DNA of 64,000 nucleotides, from the NCBI GenBank assembly GCA_964521785.1, contig CAZFTE010000005.1, positions 1,364 to 65,363 of the forward strand. The letters run 5' to 3'. Shown in pieces: positions 9,317-18,516 of the stretch. Source of the stretch: an uncultured Lachnospiraceae bacterium. GTDB taxonomy: Bacteria; Bacillota; Clostridia; Oscillospirales; CAG-272. The position numbers were made by a program, and so were the translations under genes. The notes below the pieces were generated by a model. It saw only the letters and a program-made list of their open reading frames with translations, ran no database searches and had not been told where the DNA came from. The first letter of the stretch is position 1; every line of letters starts with the position of its first letter.

Positions 9317-10207
9317 ATGGAAAAGAAAATTGTTTTCAAAGGTACAGCAACAGCGCTCATCACTCCTCTTGACGTAAACGGCGTAAACTACGCTCAGTTC
9401 GGCGCACTTATCGAAGACCAGATCAAAAGAGGCGTAAACGCTCTCGTTATCTGCGGCACAACAGGCGAGGCTTCCACACTTAACGATAAAGATCACATCG
9501 GCGCCATCGCATTCGCCGCTGAAAAAGTAAACGGCAGAATCCCCGTTATCGCAGGCGCAGGAAGCAACGATTCCGAACACGGTCTCACGCTTGCTCGCGA
9601 ATCCTGCAAAGCAGGCGCAGACTCGCTCCTCGTTGTAACTCCTTATTACAACAAAACATCTCAGAGAGGTCTTATCAAACTCTATAACGACGTTGCCGAT
9701 GCAAGTGATAAGCCCATCATTCTTTACAACGTTCCCTCTCGTACAGGCGTAAATATCGAACCCGCAACATATGCAAAGCTCGCAGAACACGAAAACATCG
9801 TTGCTGTTAAAGAAGCAAACGGCAACATCGAAAAGATCGTTGAAACGATGTCTCTCGTTGGCGACAAGCTCGCTCTCTACTCCGGTAACGACGACCAGGT
9901 AGTTCCGCTCATGTCTCTCGGAGGTCTCGGCGTTATCTCCGTTGTTTCCAACGTACTTCCCGAAAAGATGGTAGAAATGTGCGACAAATTCTTCGCAGGA
10001 GATATCAAAGGCGCGGCTCAGATGCAGTTTGACCTCCACAAGATCACAAAAGCTATGTTCTCTGATGTAAACCCCATTCCCGTTAAGGCGGCTATGGCAG
10101 CTCTCGGCTACTGCAAGAACTTCGTTCGCGGTCCGCTCGTTCCCATGGAAGGCGAACCTTACGAAAAAATGCTCTCCGTTATGAGAGAATACGGTCTTAA
10201 TGTATAA
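9317..10207 (+). CDS. dapA: 4-hydroxy-tetrahydrodipicolinate synthase
   Basis: 296-aa ORF with a DapA-family sequence (GTTGEASTL, active-site Lys context AVKEANGN). Confidence 0.95.
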   Translation: MEKKIVFKGTATALITPLDVNGVNYAQFGALIEDQIKRGVNALVICGTTGEASTLNDKDHIGAIAFAAEKVNGRIPVIAGAGSNDSEHGLTLARESCKAGADSLLVVTPYYNKTSQRGLIKLYNDVADASDKPIILYNVPSRTGVNIEPATYAKLAEHENIVAVKEANGNIEKIVETMSLVGDKLALYSGNDDQVVPLMSLGGLGVISVVSNVLPEKMVEMCDKFFAGDIKGAAQMQFDLHKITKAMFSDVNPIPVKAAMAALGYCKNFVRGPLVPMEGEPYEKMLSVMREYGLNV

Positions 10208-10217
10208 GGAGTTTGAT

Positions 10218-10955
10218 ATGACAAAAGTTATAATCCACGGCGCTCTCGGAAGAATGGGCAAAGAAATAGAAAAGCTCGTACTCGCCGACGGCACTCTTGA
10301 AATAGCCGCCCTCGTTGACGTAAACGGCGACGGCACTAACGTACTCACTTCTCTCTCCGATTTCAAAGGCGAAGCCGATATCGTCATCGACTTCTCCCAC
10401 CATAGCGCCGTAAAATGCGTTTTGGATTGGGCAAAAGCAAACAACGTTCCCGCCGTTATCGGCACAACGGGTTGCACGGAAGAAGAAGTTGCTTATATCA
10501 ACGAAACAGCGGAAGTCCTCCCTGTTTTCTATTCGGGCAATATGTCTATCGGCATCGCCGTTCTCGCAGCTTTCGCGGCAGAAGCGGCTCGCATCATGAA
10601 AGATGCCGATATCGAAATAGTTGAAACTCACCATAAAAACAAACTCGATGCCCCCAGCGGCACAGCGCTCCTCATTGCAAATGAGATAAAAACGAGCCGT
10701 CCCGACGCAAACTTCGTTCTCGGCAGAAACGGCATGAAGAAACGCGAACCCAACGATATTGGTATCAACTCCGTTCGTTGCGGCAATATCGTAGGTATCC
10801 ACGAGGTGATCATCTCCACAGATTCTCAGACGATCACATTGAAGCACGAGGCTCACAACCGCGCACTTTTCGCCGAAGGCGCAGTTGCGGCAGCTAAATT
10901 CCTCTGCGGCAAAGAAAACGGTCTTTACAACATAAAGGATATGGTCAGAAAATAA
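10218..10955 (+). CDS. dapB: 4-hydroxy-tetrahydrodipicolinate reductase
   Basis: DapB family (GALGRMG nucleotide-binding motif, ETHHKNKLDAPSGTA). Start placed at ATG 10218, which has AAGGAG upstream, rather than the ORF-track start 10200. Confidence 0.92.
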   Translation: MTKVIIHGALGRMGKEIEKLVLADGTLEIAALVDVNGDGTNVLTSLSDFKGEADIVIDFSHHSAVKCVLDWAKANNVPAVIGTTGCTEEEVAYINETAEVLPVFYSGNMSIGIAVLAAFAAEAARIMKDADIEIVETHHKNKLDAPSGTALLIANEIKTSRPDANFVLGRNGMKKREPNDIGINSVRCGNIVGIHEVIISTDSQTITLKHEAHNRALFAEGAVAAAKFLCGKENGLYNIKDMVRK

Positions 10956-11000
10956 GTCCCTTTCAAAAGGCTTATATCAAGACCAAGAAAGAAGGATTAA

Positions 11001-12296
11001 ATGCTTTATTCAAACCTTACAGCAAACGAAAAGGGTCATCTTGCCATAAACGGCTATGACACCGTGGAGCTTGCAAAAAAATACGGCACTGCCCTCTACG
11101 TCATCGACGAGGACAAGCTTCGCGCAAACTGCCGTCTTTATATCGACTCCATGAAAAAGCATTTCGGCGAAGATTCCATGCCGCTCTACGCTTCCAAGGT
11201 ACTCTGCTTCACAGGTATCTACCGTATCGTTGCGGAATGTGGTATGGGCACGGACCTTGTTTCCGCAGGCGAGCTTTACACGGCTAAAAAAGCAGGTTTC
11301 CCCCTCGAAAAAGCCTTTTTCCACGGAAACAATAAAACAGACGCGGATATCGAATACGCTATCGAAAGTGGACTCGGCTATTTCGTAGTAGACAACGAAG
11401 AAGAGCTTAACGCCATCGACGAGATTGCGGGCAAGCACGGCATTACTCAAAAAGTGTTGCTCCGCATCACTCCCGGTATCGACCCTCACACTCACAAGGC
11501 TATCGTTACGGGCAGTGTGGATTCCAAATTCGGCTCTGCCATCGAAACAGGCAGAGCTTACGAGATGGTAAAAATGTCTTTGGCGAAAAAGAATGTTTCG
11601 CTCGAAGGCTTCCATTGCCACATCGGCTCTCAAATATTCGAATGTGAACCTTTCTGTGAAGCGGCAGACATCATGATAAAATTTATCGCTGATGTAAAGG
11701 CTAAATATTCATATAAAACAACTATACTCAACCTCGGCGGCGGCTTCGGCGTGCGCTATACGGAAAATGACCCCGTTATAGACATCGACGCGAATATCGC
11801 AAGCGTTGCTTCCCACGTAAAAAAACGTTGTGCCGAAGCAGGTGTCGATATGCCCAAGATACTTATGGAACCGGGCAGAAGCATCGTTGCCGATACAGGT
11901 ATCACTCTCTATACGGTAGGTTCCGTAAAAGAGATCGCAGACCTTAAAAATTACGTTTCCATAGACGGAGGTATGCCCGACAACCCGAGATACGCCCTCT
12001 ACTCCTCCGCATATACTGTAATGCTCGCTAGCGACGTAAACGCAAAAGCCGACTTTGAATGTACCATCGCAGGCAGATGTTGCGAGAGCGGCGACCTTAT
12101 CCAGGAAAACGTAATGCTCCCCAAACCCAAACGCGGCGATATCATCGCAGTTCTCACAACGGGCGCATATAACTACTCTATGGCTTCCAATTATAACAGG
12201 ATACCTCGTCCTGCAATACTTCTCGTAAGCAAAAACGGCGAGCATATCGCGGTAAGACGCGAAACATTCGAAGATCTTTGTCTTTGCGACAACTGA
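11001..12296 (+). CDS. lysA: diaminopimelate decarboxylase
   Basis: 431-aa ORF of the PLP-dependent Orn/DAP/Arg decarboxylase fold (YASKVL, GGGFGV, CESGD). Confidence 0.93.
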   Translation: MLYSNLTANEKGHLAINGYDTVELAKKYGTALYVIDEDKLRANCRLYIDSMKKHFGEDSMPLYASKVLCFTGIYRIVAECGMGTDLVSAGELYTAKKAGFPLEKAFFHGNNKTDADIEYAIESGLGYFVVDNEEELNAIDEIAGKHGITQKVLLRITPGIDPHTHKAIVTGSVDSKFGSAIETGRAYEMVKMSLAKKNVSLEGFHCHIGSQIFECEPFCEAADIMIKFIADVKAKYSYKTTILNLGGGFGVRYTENDPVIDIDANIASVASHVKKRCAEAGVDMPKILMEPGRSIVADTGITLYTVGSVKEIADLKNYVSIDGGMPDNPRYALYSSAYTVMLASDVNAKADFECTIAGRCCESGDLIQENVMLPKPKRGDIIAVLTTGAYNYSMASNYNRIPRPAILLVSKNGEHIAVRRETFEDLCLCDN

Positions 12297-12335
12297 GCCG
12301 TAGCTTTTAATTTTTCACAGAATGGAGAAAAAGAC

Positions 12336-13649
12336 ATGATAGTAACAAAATTCGGCGGCACATCAATGGCTAGTGCCGAACAGTTTAAAAAGGTCAAAAG
12401 CATTATTGACCAAAATCCCGAAAGACAGGTCGTTGTCGTTTCCGCCGCAGGCAAAAAAACAAGCGACGATATCAAAATAACAGACCTTCTTTACACACTT
12501 TACACCCACCTCCAGTACGGTGTTCCTTACACGGATATCTGGAACATGATAGAAGGCAGATATGTTGAGATAGCGACAGACCTCGGTCTTTCCTATGACA
12601 TCGCTTCCGACCTTGCAACGATCAAATCTCAGCTCAAAAAAGGCATGGACCAGAACTGCCTCATCAGCCGCGGCGAATACCTCTCCGCAAAGCTCATGAG
12701 CGCATACCTCGGTTTTGATTTTGTCGATTCCAAGGATATCATCCGCTTCACATACAGCGGCTCCGTTGACGTTGAAAGAAGCGAACAGAACTGCAAAAAA
12801 GTATTCTCAAGCCACGGAAAGATCGTTGTTCCCGGCTTCTACGGCGCTTACCCCAACGGCGAGATATGCCTCTTCTCCCGCGGCGGCTCCGATATAACAG
12901 GTTCCTACCTCGCAAGATTCTTGGACGCAAAGATATATGAAAACTGGACAGACGTTCCCGGCACTCTTACAGCAGACCCCAGGATCGTAGAAAACCCCAA
13001 GACCATCTCTCAGATCACATATACAGAACTTCGCGAGCTTTCCTACATGGGCGCGAACGTTTTGCATGAAGACAGTATCTCTCCTCTTCAGGAAAAGAAC
13101 ATCTCCATCAACATCAGAAACACGAACGAACCTTCTTGCCCCGGCACCATAATCAAACGCGACTGCACAGACGGCAGCTCCGTTATAACAGGTATCGCAG
13201 GCAAAAAAGACTTTGTTTCTTTCGATATCCTCAAGGACCATATGTCAACAGAGATCGGCTTTACACGCCGTTTGCTCGAAATTTTCGAAGATTACAAGAT
13301 AAATGTTGAACATCTTCCCACAGGTATAGATTCCGTAAGCGTTGTTGTTTCGGGTTCTTCCGTTGCAGGTTGTATGTACGACGTCGTTTCCAGAATCGAA
13401 AACGAACTCGGCGCAAAAGTAAATGCAAAGAAAGAGCTTGCGCTCATCGCTATCGTCGGCAGAAATATGGCAGGCAAGAGCGGCATCTGCGCAAGAATAT
13501 TCGCTTCTCTTTCCGGCATCGGCGTAAACATCAAGATGATCGCTCAGCCCCCGGATGAAACGAACATCATCGTCGGAGTTGACAACAGTGATTTCAAGAA
13601 AGCTATCAAAGCTCTCTACGAAGATTTCGAAAGCGCAGATTGGATCTGA
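12336..13649 (+). CDS. lysC: aspartate kinase
   Basis: 437-aa ORF with N-terminal KFGGTS kinase motif and a C-terminal ACT-like regulatory region. Confidence 0.9.
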   Translation: MIVTKFGGTSMASAEQFKKVKSIIDQNPERQVVVVSAAGKKTSDDIKITDLLYTLYTHLQYGVPYTDIWNMIEGRYVEIATDLGLSYDIASDLATIKSQLKKGMDQNCLISRGEYLSAKLMSAYLGFDFVDSKDIIRFTYSGSVDVERSEQNCKKVFSSHGKIVVPGFYGAYPNGEICLFSRGGSDITGSYLARFLDAKIYENWTDVPGTLTADPRIVENPKTISQITYTELRELSYMGANVLHEDSISPLQEKNISINIRNTNEPSCPGTIIKRDCTDGSSVITGIAGKKDFVSFDILKDHMSTEIGFTRRLLEIFEDYKINVEHLPTGIDSVSVVVSGSSVAGCMYDVVSRIENELGAKVNAKKELALIAIVGRNMAGKSGICARIFASLSGIGVNIKMIAQPPDETNIIVGVDNSDFKKAIKALYEDFESADWI

Positions 13650-13750
13650 CATAACAAAAGCTCTCTATTGCGCTTAACGTATAAATATAGATAAGTATCA
13701 AAGACCGCAGATAGTTCTTCTGCAGCCTTTGTGTTATGAACATTTGTAAT

Positions 13751-13797
13751 AGCAAAGCTCCCGCAGACCGTAAGCTTTAGTCTGTGGGAGCTTTGCT
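13751..13797. terminator. long hairpin between convergent lysC and wecB
   Basis: About 17-bp stem AGCAAAGCTCCCGCAGAC/TCTGTGGGAGCTTTGCT with wobble pairs. No clear U-tract on either strand. Confidence 0.4.
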
Positions 13798-13801
13798 ATA
13801 T

Positions 13802-14896
13802 TCAAGAAATTATATCAGCTATCCGTTGGCAAGCATGACCGTCTCCGTAAGGGTCTTTGGCATGAGCCATAGCGGCATACTCGCGCGGATCGTGCATAAC
13901 GCGAGAGAAGCCGTCATAAACGCTTTCATAAGTGTTGCCGATAAGGCGGACCGTTCCCGCCTCTATACATTCGGGGCGTTCGGTGGTGTTTCTCATAACA
14001 AGAACAGGGACACCGAAAGACGGAGCTTCTTCTTGTATTCCGCCGCTGTCAGTCAGCACGAGATACGCTCTCGACATGATGTTATGAAATTCGAACACAT
14101 CGAGCGGAGATATCAACTTCACTTGCTCGAAGCCATCAAACGCCTCGTGTGCGGCTCGTTGGACTTGCGGATTGGGATGTACAGGGTAAACAGCACAAAC
14201 GTCGCTGTGAGCGCTTAAAACCGCTTTTATCGCATCAAACATCTCCTTCATAGGCGCGCCGATGTTCTCTCGTCTGTGCGCCGTAAGCAATATCATTTTT
14301 CTTCCGTTTGCAAGATCGAGCGCGTAATGCGAAAAATCGCTCTTTACGGTGAAGCGCAACGCATCGATGACGGTGTTCCCCGTAACGAAAACATTTTCTC
14401 GTTTCTTCCCCTCCGCAATAAGTCGCTGTTCGGCGAGCTTCGTCGGCGCAAAATGAAAGCTCGCTATCGAATCCACCGCGACTCTGTTAAATTCCTCGGG
14501 GTAAGGCGAGTTTATATCATATGTGCGAAGCCCCGCCTCCACATGACCCACCGGTATACGCATATAAAAAGCAGCAAGCGCGGCTGCAAAAGCCGTTGTC
14601 GTATCACCATGCACCAACAGCATATCGCATTTTTCTTTTTCCAATACCTCGCGCATACCGCGCATAACTTTTTCGGTTATATCGAAAAGCGTTTGCCCAT
14701 CGCTCATTATATCGAGGTCGTGATCGGCAACCACTCCGAAAAAATCAAGCACAGACGAAAGCATCTCGCGGTGCTGACCTGTTACGCAAACGCTTACGCG
14801 AACATTTTTGCGCTTTTTAAGCTCTATTACCAAAGGACACATCTTTATCGCTTCGGGGCGAGTGCCGAAAACAAGCATTATATTTTTCAATTTCAA
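13802..14896 (-). CDS. wecB: UDP-N-acetylglucosamine 2-epimerase (non-hydrolysing)
   Basis: 364-aa ORF, FGTRPEAIKM N-terminus, WecB/MnaA family throughout. The ORF-track start codon is TTG. Confidence 0.9.
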   Translation of the reverse strand: MKLKNIMLVFGTRPEAIKMCPLVIELKKRKNVRVSVCVTGQHREMLSSVLDFFGVVADHDLDIMSDGQTLFDITEKVMRGMREVLEKEKCDMLLVHGDTTTAFAAALAAFYMRIPVGHVEAGLRTYDINSPYPEEFNRVAVDSIASFHFAPTKLAEQRLIAEGKKRENVFVTGNTVIDALRFTVKSDFSHYALDLANGRKMILLTAHRRENIGAPMKEMFDAIKAVLSAHSDVCAVYPVHPNPQVQRAAHEAFDGFEQVKLISPLDVFEFHNIMSRAYLVLTDSGGIQEEAPSFGVPVLVMRNTTERPECIEAGTVRLIGNTYESVYDGFSRVMHDPREYAAMAHAKDPYGDGHACQRIADIIS

Positions 14897-15020
14897 AAAT
14901 TCCTTTCGGCTTTTTGGTTTATTATTTCCGTATTTCCATAATTTTATAAAATATTATAACAAAGTTCAAAAGATAAAGCAATAGAAAAAACTTTTATTTA
15001 TATTAAAGAAACAATGTCAA

Positions 15021-15066
15021 AAAGCAAAAAATGCTTTTCGCCGAAAACGAAAAGCATTTTTTATTT
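15021..15066. terminator. bidirectional intrinsic terminator ending the mrp-like operon
   Basis: 13-bp stem AAAATGCTTTTCG/CGAAAAGCATTTT flanked by an A-run and a T-run, directly after the stop codon at 15067. Confidence 0.75.
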
Positions 15067-17055
15067 TTAAAATACCAATACGATGAATACGAGTATCAGG
15101 CAAACGCCCAAGCCGGCCATGAGGAGCGCAAACGAGAAGTTTCTCGATATCTGCGATGTCGTCTGCTCGATAGTTTCGGATACTCGAGAGAAGCGTTTTG
15201 CGTGAGTGTGGTTATCATCGGCAAATATTCTATCCACCGCAAGACCGAGCGCATACGCAAACTTGTGCTTGTGTACGTTGACAGCCTCAAGTTCTTTGCT
15301 GTCGCGGAAGAATGTTTTGCGAAGCAAAAGGACAATAGCGTCCGTTATGTTATCTGCTATACGGCAAACCACGGAAAGCACGAATATGAGCGCTTTTCCG
15401 ATCGGCGCATAGAGAAGATGTTCCATGGAGAGTTTGTCGCTCCACGGGCAGATATACGTTTTTCTGCCGTCTTTTTTCTTGATAAGCACCGTTCTGATAA
15501 AGACGAAATAAACTATCGCGCCTATCGCGAGCGAGATAAGAACGCCCTTGATATTATTGAAAGAAAAATAGTTTATCTCTTCACCGAAAGCGTGTCCATC
15601 GGCAATGGAAAGCATAGAACCCGTTATCTTGTCGGAAAGTTTATGCGGCATAACTCCGAGAACTATCAAAGGAAGCGCGGAAAGACCGAGCGATACCTTC
15701 GAAGCGAGCGTAAGCTTCATCTTTTTGCCTTCGCCATCGCCTTTTTCTATAAATATGGCAACAAAAAGCTTTGTCATATATGCCGCGGTAAGACCGCCCG
15801 AGAAAAGGAATAGCCATTCAACAGCCGTTATAAGTGCGCCCGCGTGATGCGCATATTCAACTATGCTCTCATGAACGAGAGTTTTGGAAATGTATCCGCA
15901 AAATCCGGGAACACCCGCAAGACTGCAAGCGCCTATGAGGAACACTATCGCCAAGAAAGGCTTGCTTTTGCCGAAGCCACGCAATTTGTTGAGGTCGAGC
16001 GTATGTGCGCTCATATATATCGCGCCTGCCGCAAGGAAGAGCGTGAGCTTAACGATAGAATGGTTTATCATGTAAAGGAACGTGCCGTTTGCCGCAAGAG
16101 CATTTTCTTCCCCGAGAAGCGTTATCATCGCAACACCTGTAAGAATGAAGCCTATCTGAGAAAGAGAGGAGCAAGCGAGCGTTCTTTTTATGTTGATGGA
16201 GAATACCGCCAAAACAGCACCGAGTACCATTGTAACAGCGGCAAGAGCAAGGAGCGTATAGCCCCAGATCTTATCCTCGCGCAAAATATGACCTGTTATA
16301 ACGAGTATACCGAATACGCCCGCTTTTGTAAGTACACCCGAAAGAAGTGCGCTCGCAGGTGCGGGAGCAACAGGGTGCGCCTTGGGAAGCCAAATATGAA
16401 GCGGAAACATACCCGCTTTTGCACCAAAGCCGAAAAGCAAGCAGAATGCGGAAGCATAGAGCATATTGCTCTTTCCCGCCGCCTTAACAGCTTCATAGAG
16501 AGCGTCTATCTCAAGCGTTCCCGCAATGTGATAGAGCAAGAAAAGACCCATGAGGGCTACCATACCGCCTATAACGGCGATAGTGATATATGTCTTTCCC
16601 GCCGCCATCGCTTCCTTGCTCTCTTCCTGAACGACCCATACATAAGATGTAAACGACATTATCTCAAAGAAGATAAATGTTGTGAGAAGGTCTGCGGAAA
16701 GGAATACACCCATCGTCGCACCGAGCGTGAGCAAGAGGAAAAAGTTATATCTTGAAAGTTTGTGATGTCCTTTAAAATACTGAAGCGAAAGAAGCGCGGC
16801 GCAGAACCACATGAACGCGCTCACGATACCGTATACCGCGTGAAAATCCCCGAATTTAAACGAGAATCCGCAAACGGAAAGTTCAAAGTTCTCGCCATAT
16901 GCAAACACTGCGCAAAGCACTGTGATCGCAAGAGTTGCGGCGCACGCCAAAACAGATATAACGCCGCAAGCGTTTTCGTTCTTTTTGCCTACAGCGGCAG
17001 AAACAACGGCGGCAACAAAAGGCAGCAGCACCGCCAAGAAAATGAGTATATTCAT
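15067..17055 (-). CDS. NuoL/MrpA(N-terminal)-like antiporter subunit with a C-terminal lateral-helix-like extension
   Basis: 662-aa polytopic ORF with a proton-conducting antiporter core (GAKAGMFPLHIWLPKAHPVAPAPASALLSG). ATGA overlap with the upstream gene. The last ~96 aa are a charged amphipathic stretch plus a terminal TM. Confidence 0.8.
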   Translation of the reverse strand: MNILIFLAVLLPFVAAVVSAAVGKKNENACGVISVLACAATLAITVLCAVFAYGENFELSVCGFSFKFGDFHAVYGIVSAFMWFCAALLSLQYFKGHHKLSRYNFFLLLTLGATMGVFLSADLLTTFIFFEIMSFTSYVWVVQEESKEAMAAGKTYITIAVIGGMVALMGLFLLYHIAGTLEIDALYEAVKAAGKSNMLYASAFCLLFGFGAKAGMFPLHIWLPKAHPVAPAPASALLSGVLTKAGVFGILVITGHILREDKIWGYTLLALAAVTMVLGAVLAVFSINIKRTLACSSLSQIGFILTGVAMITLLGEENALAANGTFLYMINHSIVKLTLFLAAGAIYMSAHTLDLNKLRGFGKSKPFLAIVFLIGACSLAGVPGFCGYISKTLVHESIVEYAHHAGALITAVEWLFLFSGGLTAAYMTKLFVAIFIEKGDGEGKKMKLTLASKVSLGLSALPLIVLGVMPHKLSDKITGSMLSIADGHAFGEEINYFSFNNIKGVLISLAIGAIVYFVFIRTVLIKKKDGRKTYICPWSDKLSMEHLLYAPIGKALIFVLSVVCRIADNITDAIVLLLRKTFFRDSKELEAVNVHKHKFAYALGLAVDRIFADDNHTHAKRFSRVSETIEQTTSQISRNFSFALLMAGLGVCLILVFIVLVF

Positions 17056-18506
17056 ATTCCAACCACCTTCGTTATAATTTCAATAAAATTGCCCGAAAAG
17101 ATACCAAGTATCACACACATCACAGCGCAAACGAACATCGGAACCTTCATTCGCCAGCCTGCTTCATGAACGCCCGAAAGAGAAAGTTCGGCTCCCTCTT
17201 TGGGGAAATACGCCTTTATAACAACAGAGAGCGCGTAGATAGCCGTAAGGAATGCGGAGATCATAAGCACTATCGTGCCGACGATGGCAAGTGGAGCACC
17301 GTGAGCGATAGCGCCCTCGGCAATGAGCCATTTGCTTACAAAGCCGCAAAGCGGAGGTATACCGACAAGCGACATTGCCGCAACGGAGAAAAATGCAAAT
17401 GTAAACGGCATCTTTCTGCCCAATCCGTCAAGCTCGCTGACGTATTCTTTGCCTGCATGATGAAGCACCGCACCCGCACCGAAAAAGAGGCATATCTTTA
17501 TTACGGAGTGGAATATCATATGAGTGAACGAAGCGATAAGACCTTCGTTCGTCATAAGGGTAGCAGCGAAGATTATGTAAGAAAGGTTTGCGACCGTAGA
17601 ATATGCAAATCTTCTTTTGAAATGAGTCTGTTTGAGCGCTTTAGAAGAGCCGTAGAATATCGTGATGATAGCAAAGATCATCGCAACAGCCTGCGCCCAT
17701 GTTCCCGAAAGCACCTCTGTGCCATAGGAATAATAGATAAGTCTGATAACGGCAAATACGCCCGCCTTAACGACAGCCACCGCATGGAGGAGCGCCGTTA
17801 CGGGAGTGGGAGCAACGGAGGCGGAGGGGAGCCAACCGTGGAACGGGAATATGGCTGCCTTTACGCCGAAACCGAAAAATGCGAAAATGAAAAGTACGAG
17901 CGCTATCGTCTCGTCGCTTCCTACGTTGAGCGAACCGCCGAGCGTAAAGCTCTGCGCGCCACAGCTCACAAGATAAGCTACGCAAGAGAAAGCGAACGCC
18001 GCGCCGCCGAAAGAATACAACATATATTTTTTCGTTGCGGAAACACTCTTTTCGCTTCTGCCGTGCATAACGAGCGGTATAGTGAAAAGAGTGAGCAATT
18101 CATAGAAAAGGTACATCGTTGCGATACCTTCAGCATATGCAACGCCCATCACGGCACCAAAAGCCATAGTGAAGAATGCGTAGAACGCACCGAGGTGATC
18201 TTCATGAGCCATATATTCGAACGCATATACAGCCGTTATGGACCAAAGCGTTGCCGCAAGGCAGGAGAATATCTTGCCTGCGCCGTCTATACGGAGCGTG
18301 AACGATATTTTATCAGTAAAATGTATAAGCTCGAGCGCACCTTCGGGAGTGAATATCGCAAGGAGCCATACCGACACCGCGGAAATAAGCAATGTCGCAA
18401 AAGTAAAGATATTTCTCACCCTTGCTTTGCGAATGGGCAGAAAGTAGAGCAATATGCCGCAAAGTATGGAAAACAATATCGGAAAAAGCATAAATATTTT
18501 ATTCAT
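17052..18506 (-). CDS. mrpD: MrpD/NuoM/N-like antiporter subunit (paralogue 3)
   Basis: About 484 aa with motif GVKAAIFPFHGWLPSASVAPTPVTALLHA. The ORF-track start 18515 is GTG; ATG 18506 is preferred because GGTG lies upstream. Confidence 0.8.
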   Translation of the reverse strand: MNKIFMLFPILFSILCGILLYFLPIRKARVRNIFTFATLLISAVSVWLLAIFTPEGALELIHFTDKISFTLRIDGAGKIFSCLAATLWSITAVYAFEYMAHEDHLGAFYAFFTMAFGAVMGVAYAEGIATMYLFYELLTLFTIPLVMHGRSEKSVSATKKYMLYSFGGAAFAFSCVAYLVSCGAQSFTLGGSLNVGSDETIALVLFIFAFFGFGVKAAIFPFHGWLPSASVAPTPVTALLHAVAVVKAGVFAVIRLIYYSYGTEVLSGTWAQAVAMIFAIITIFYGSSKALKQTHFKRRFAYSTVANLSYIIFAATLMTNEGLIASFTHMIFHSVIKICLFFGAGAVLHHAGKEYVSELDGLGRKMPFTFAFFSVAAMSLVGIPPLCGFVSKWLIAEGAIAHGAPLAIVGTIVLMISAFLTAIYALSVVIKAYFPKEGAELSLSGVHEAGWRMKVPMFVCAVMCVILGIFSGNFIEIITKVVGI

Positions 18507-18516
18507 AATGTTCACC

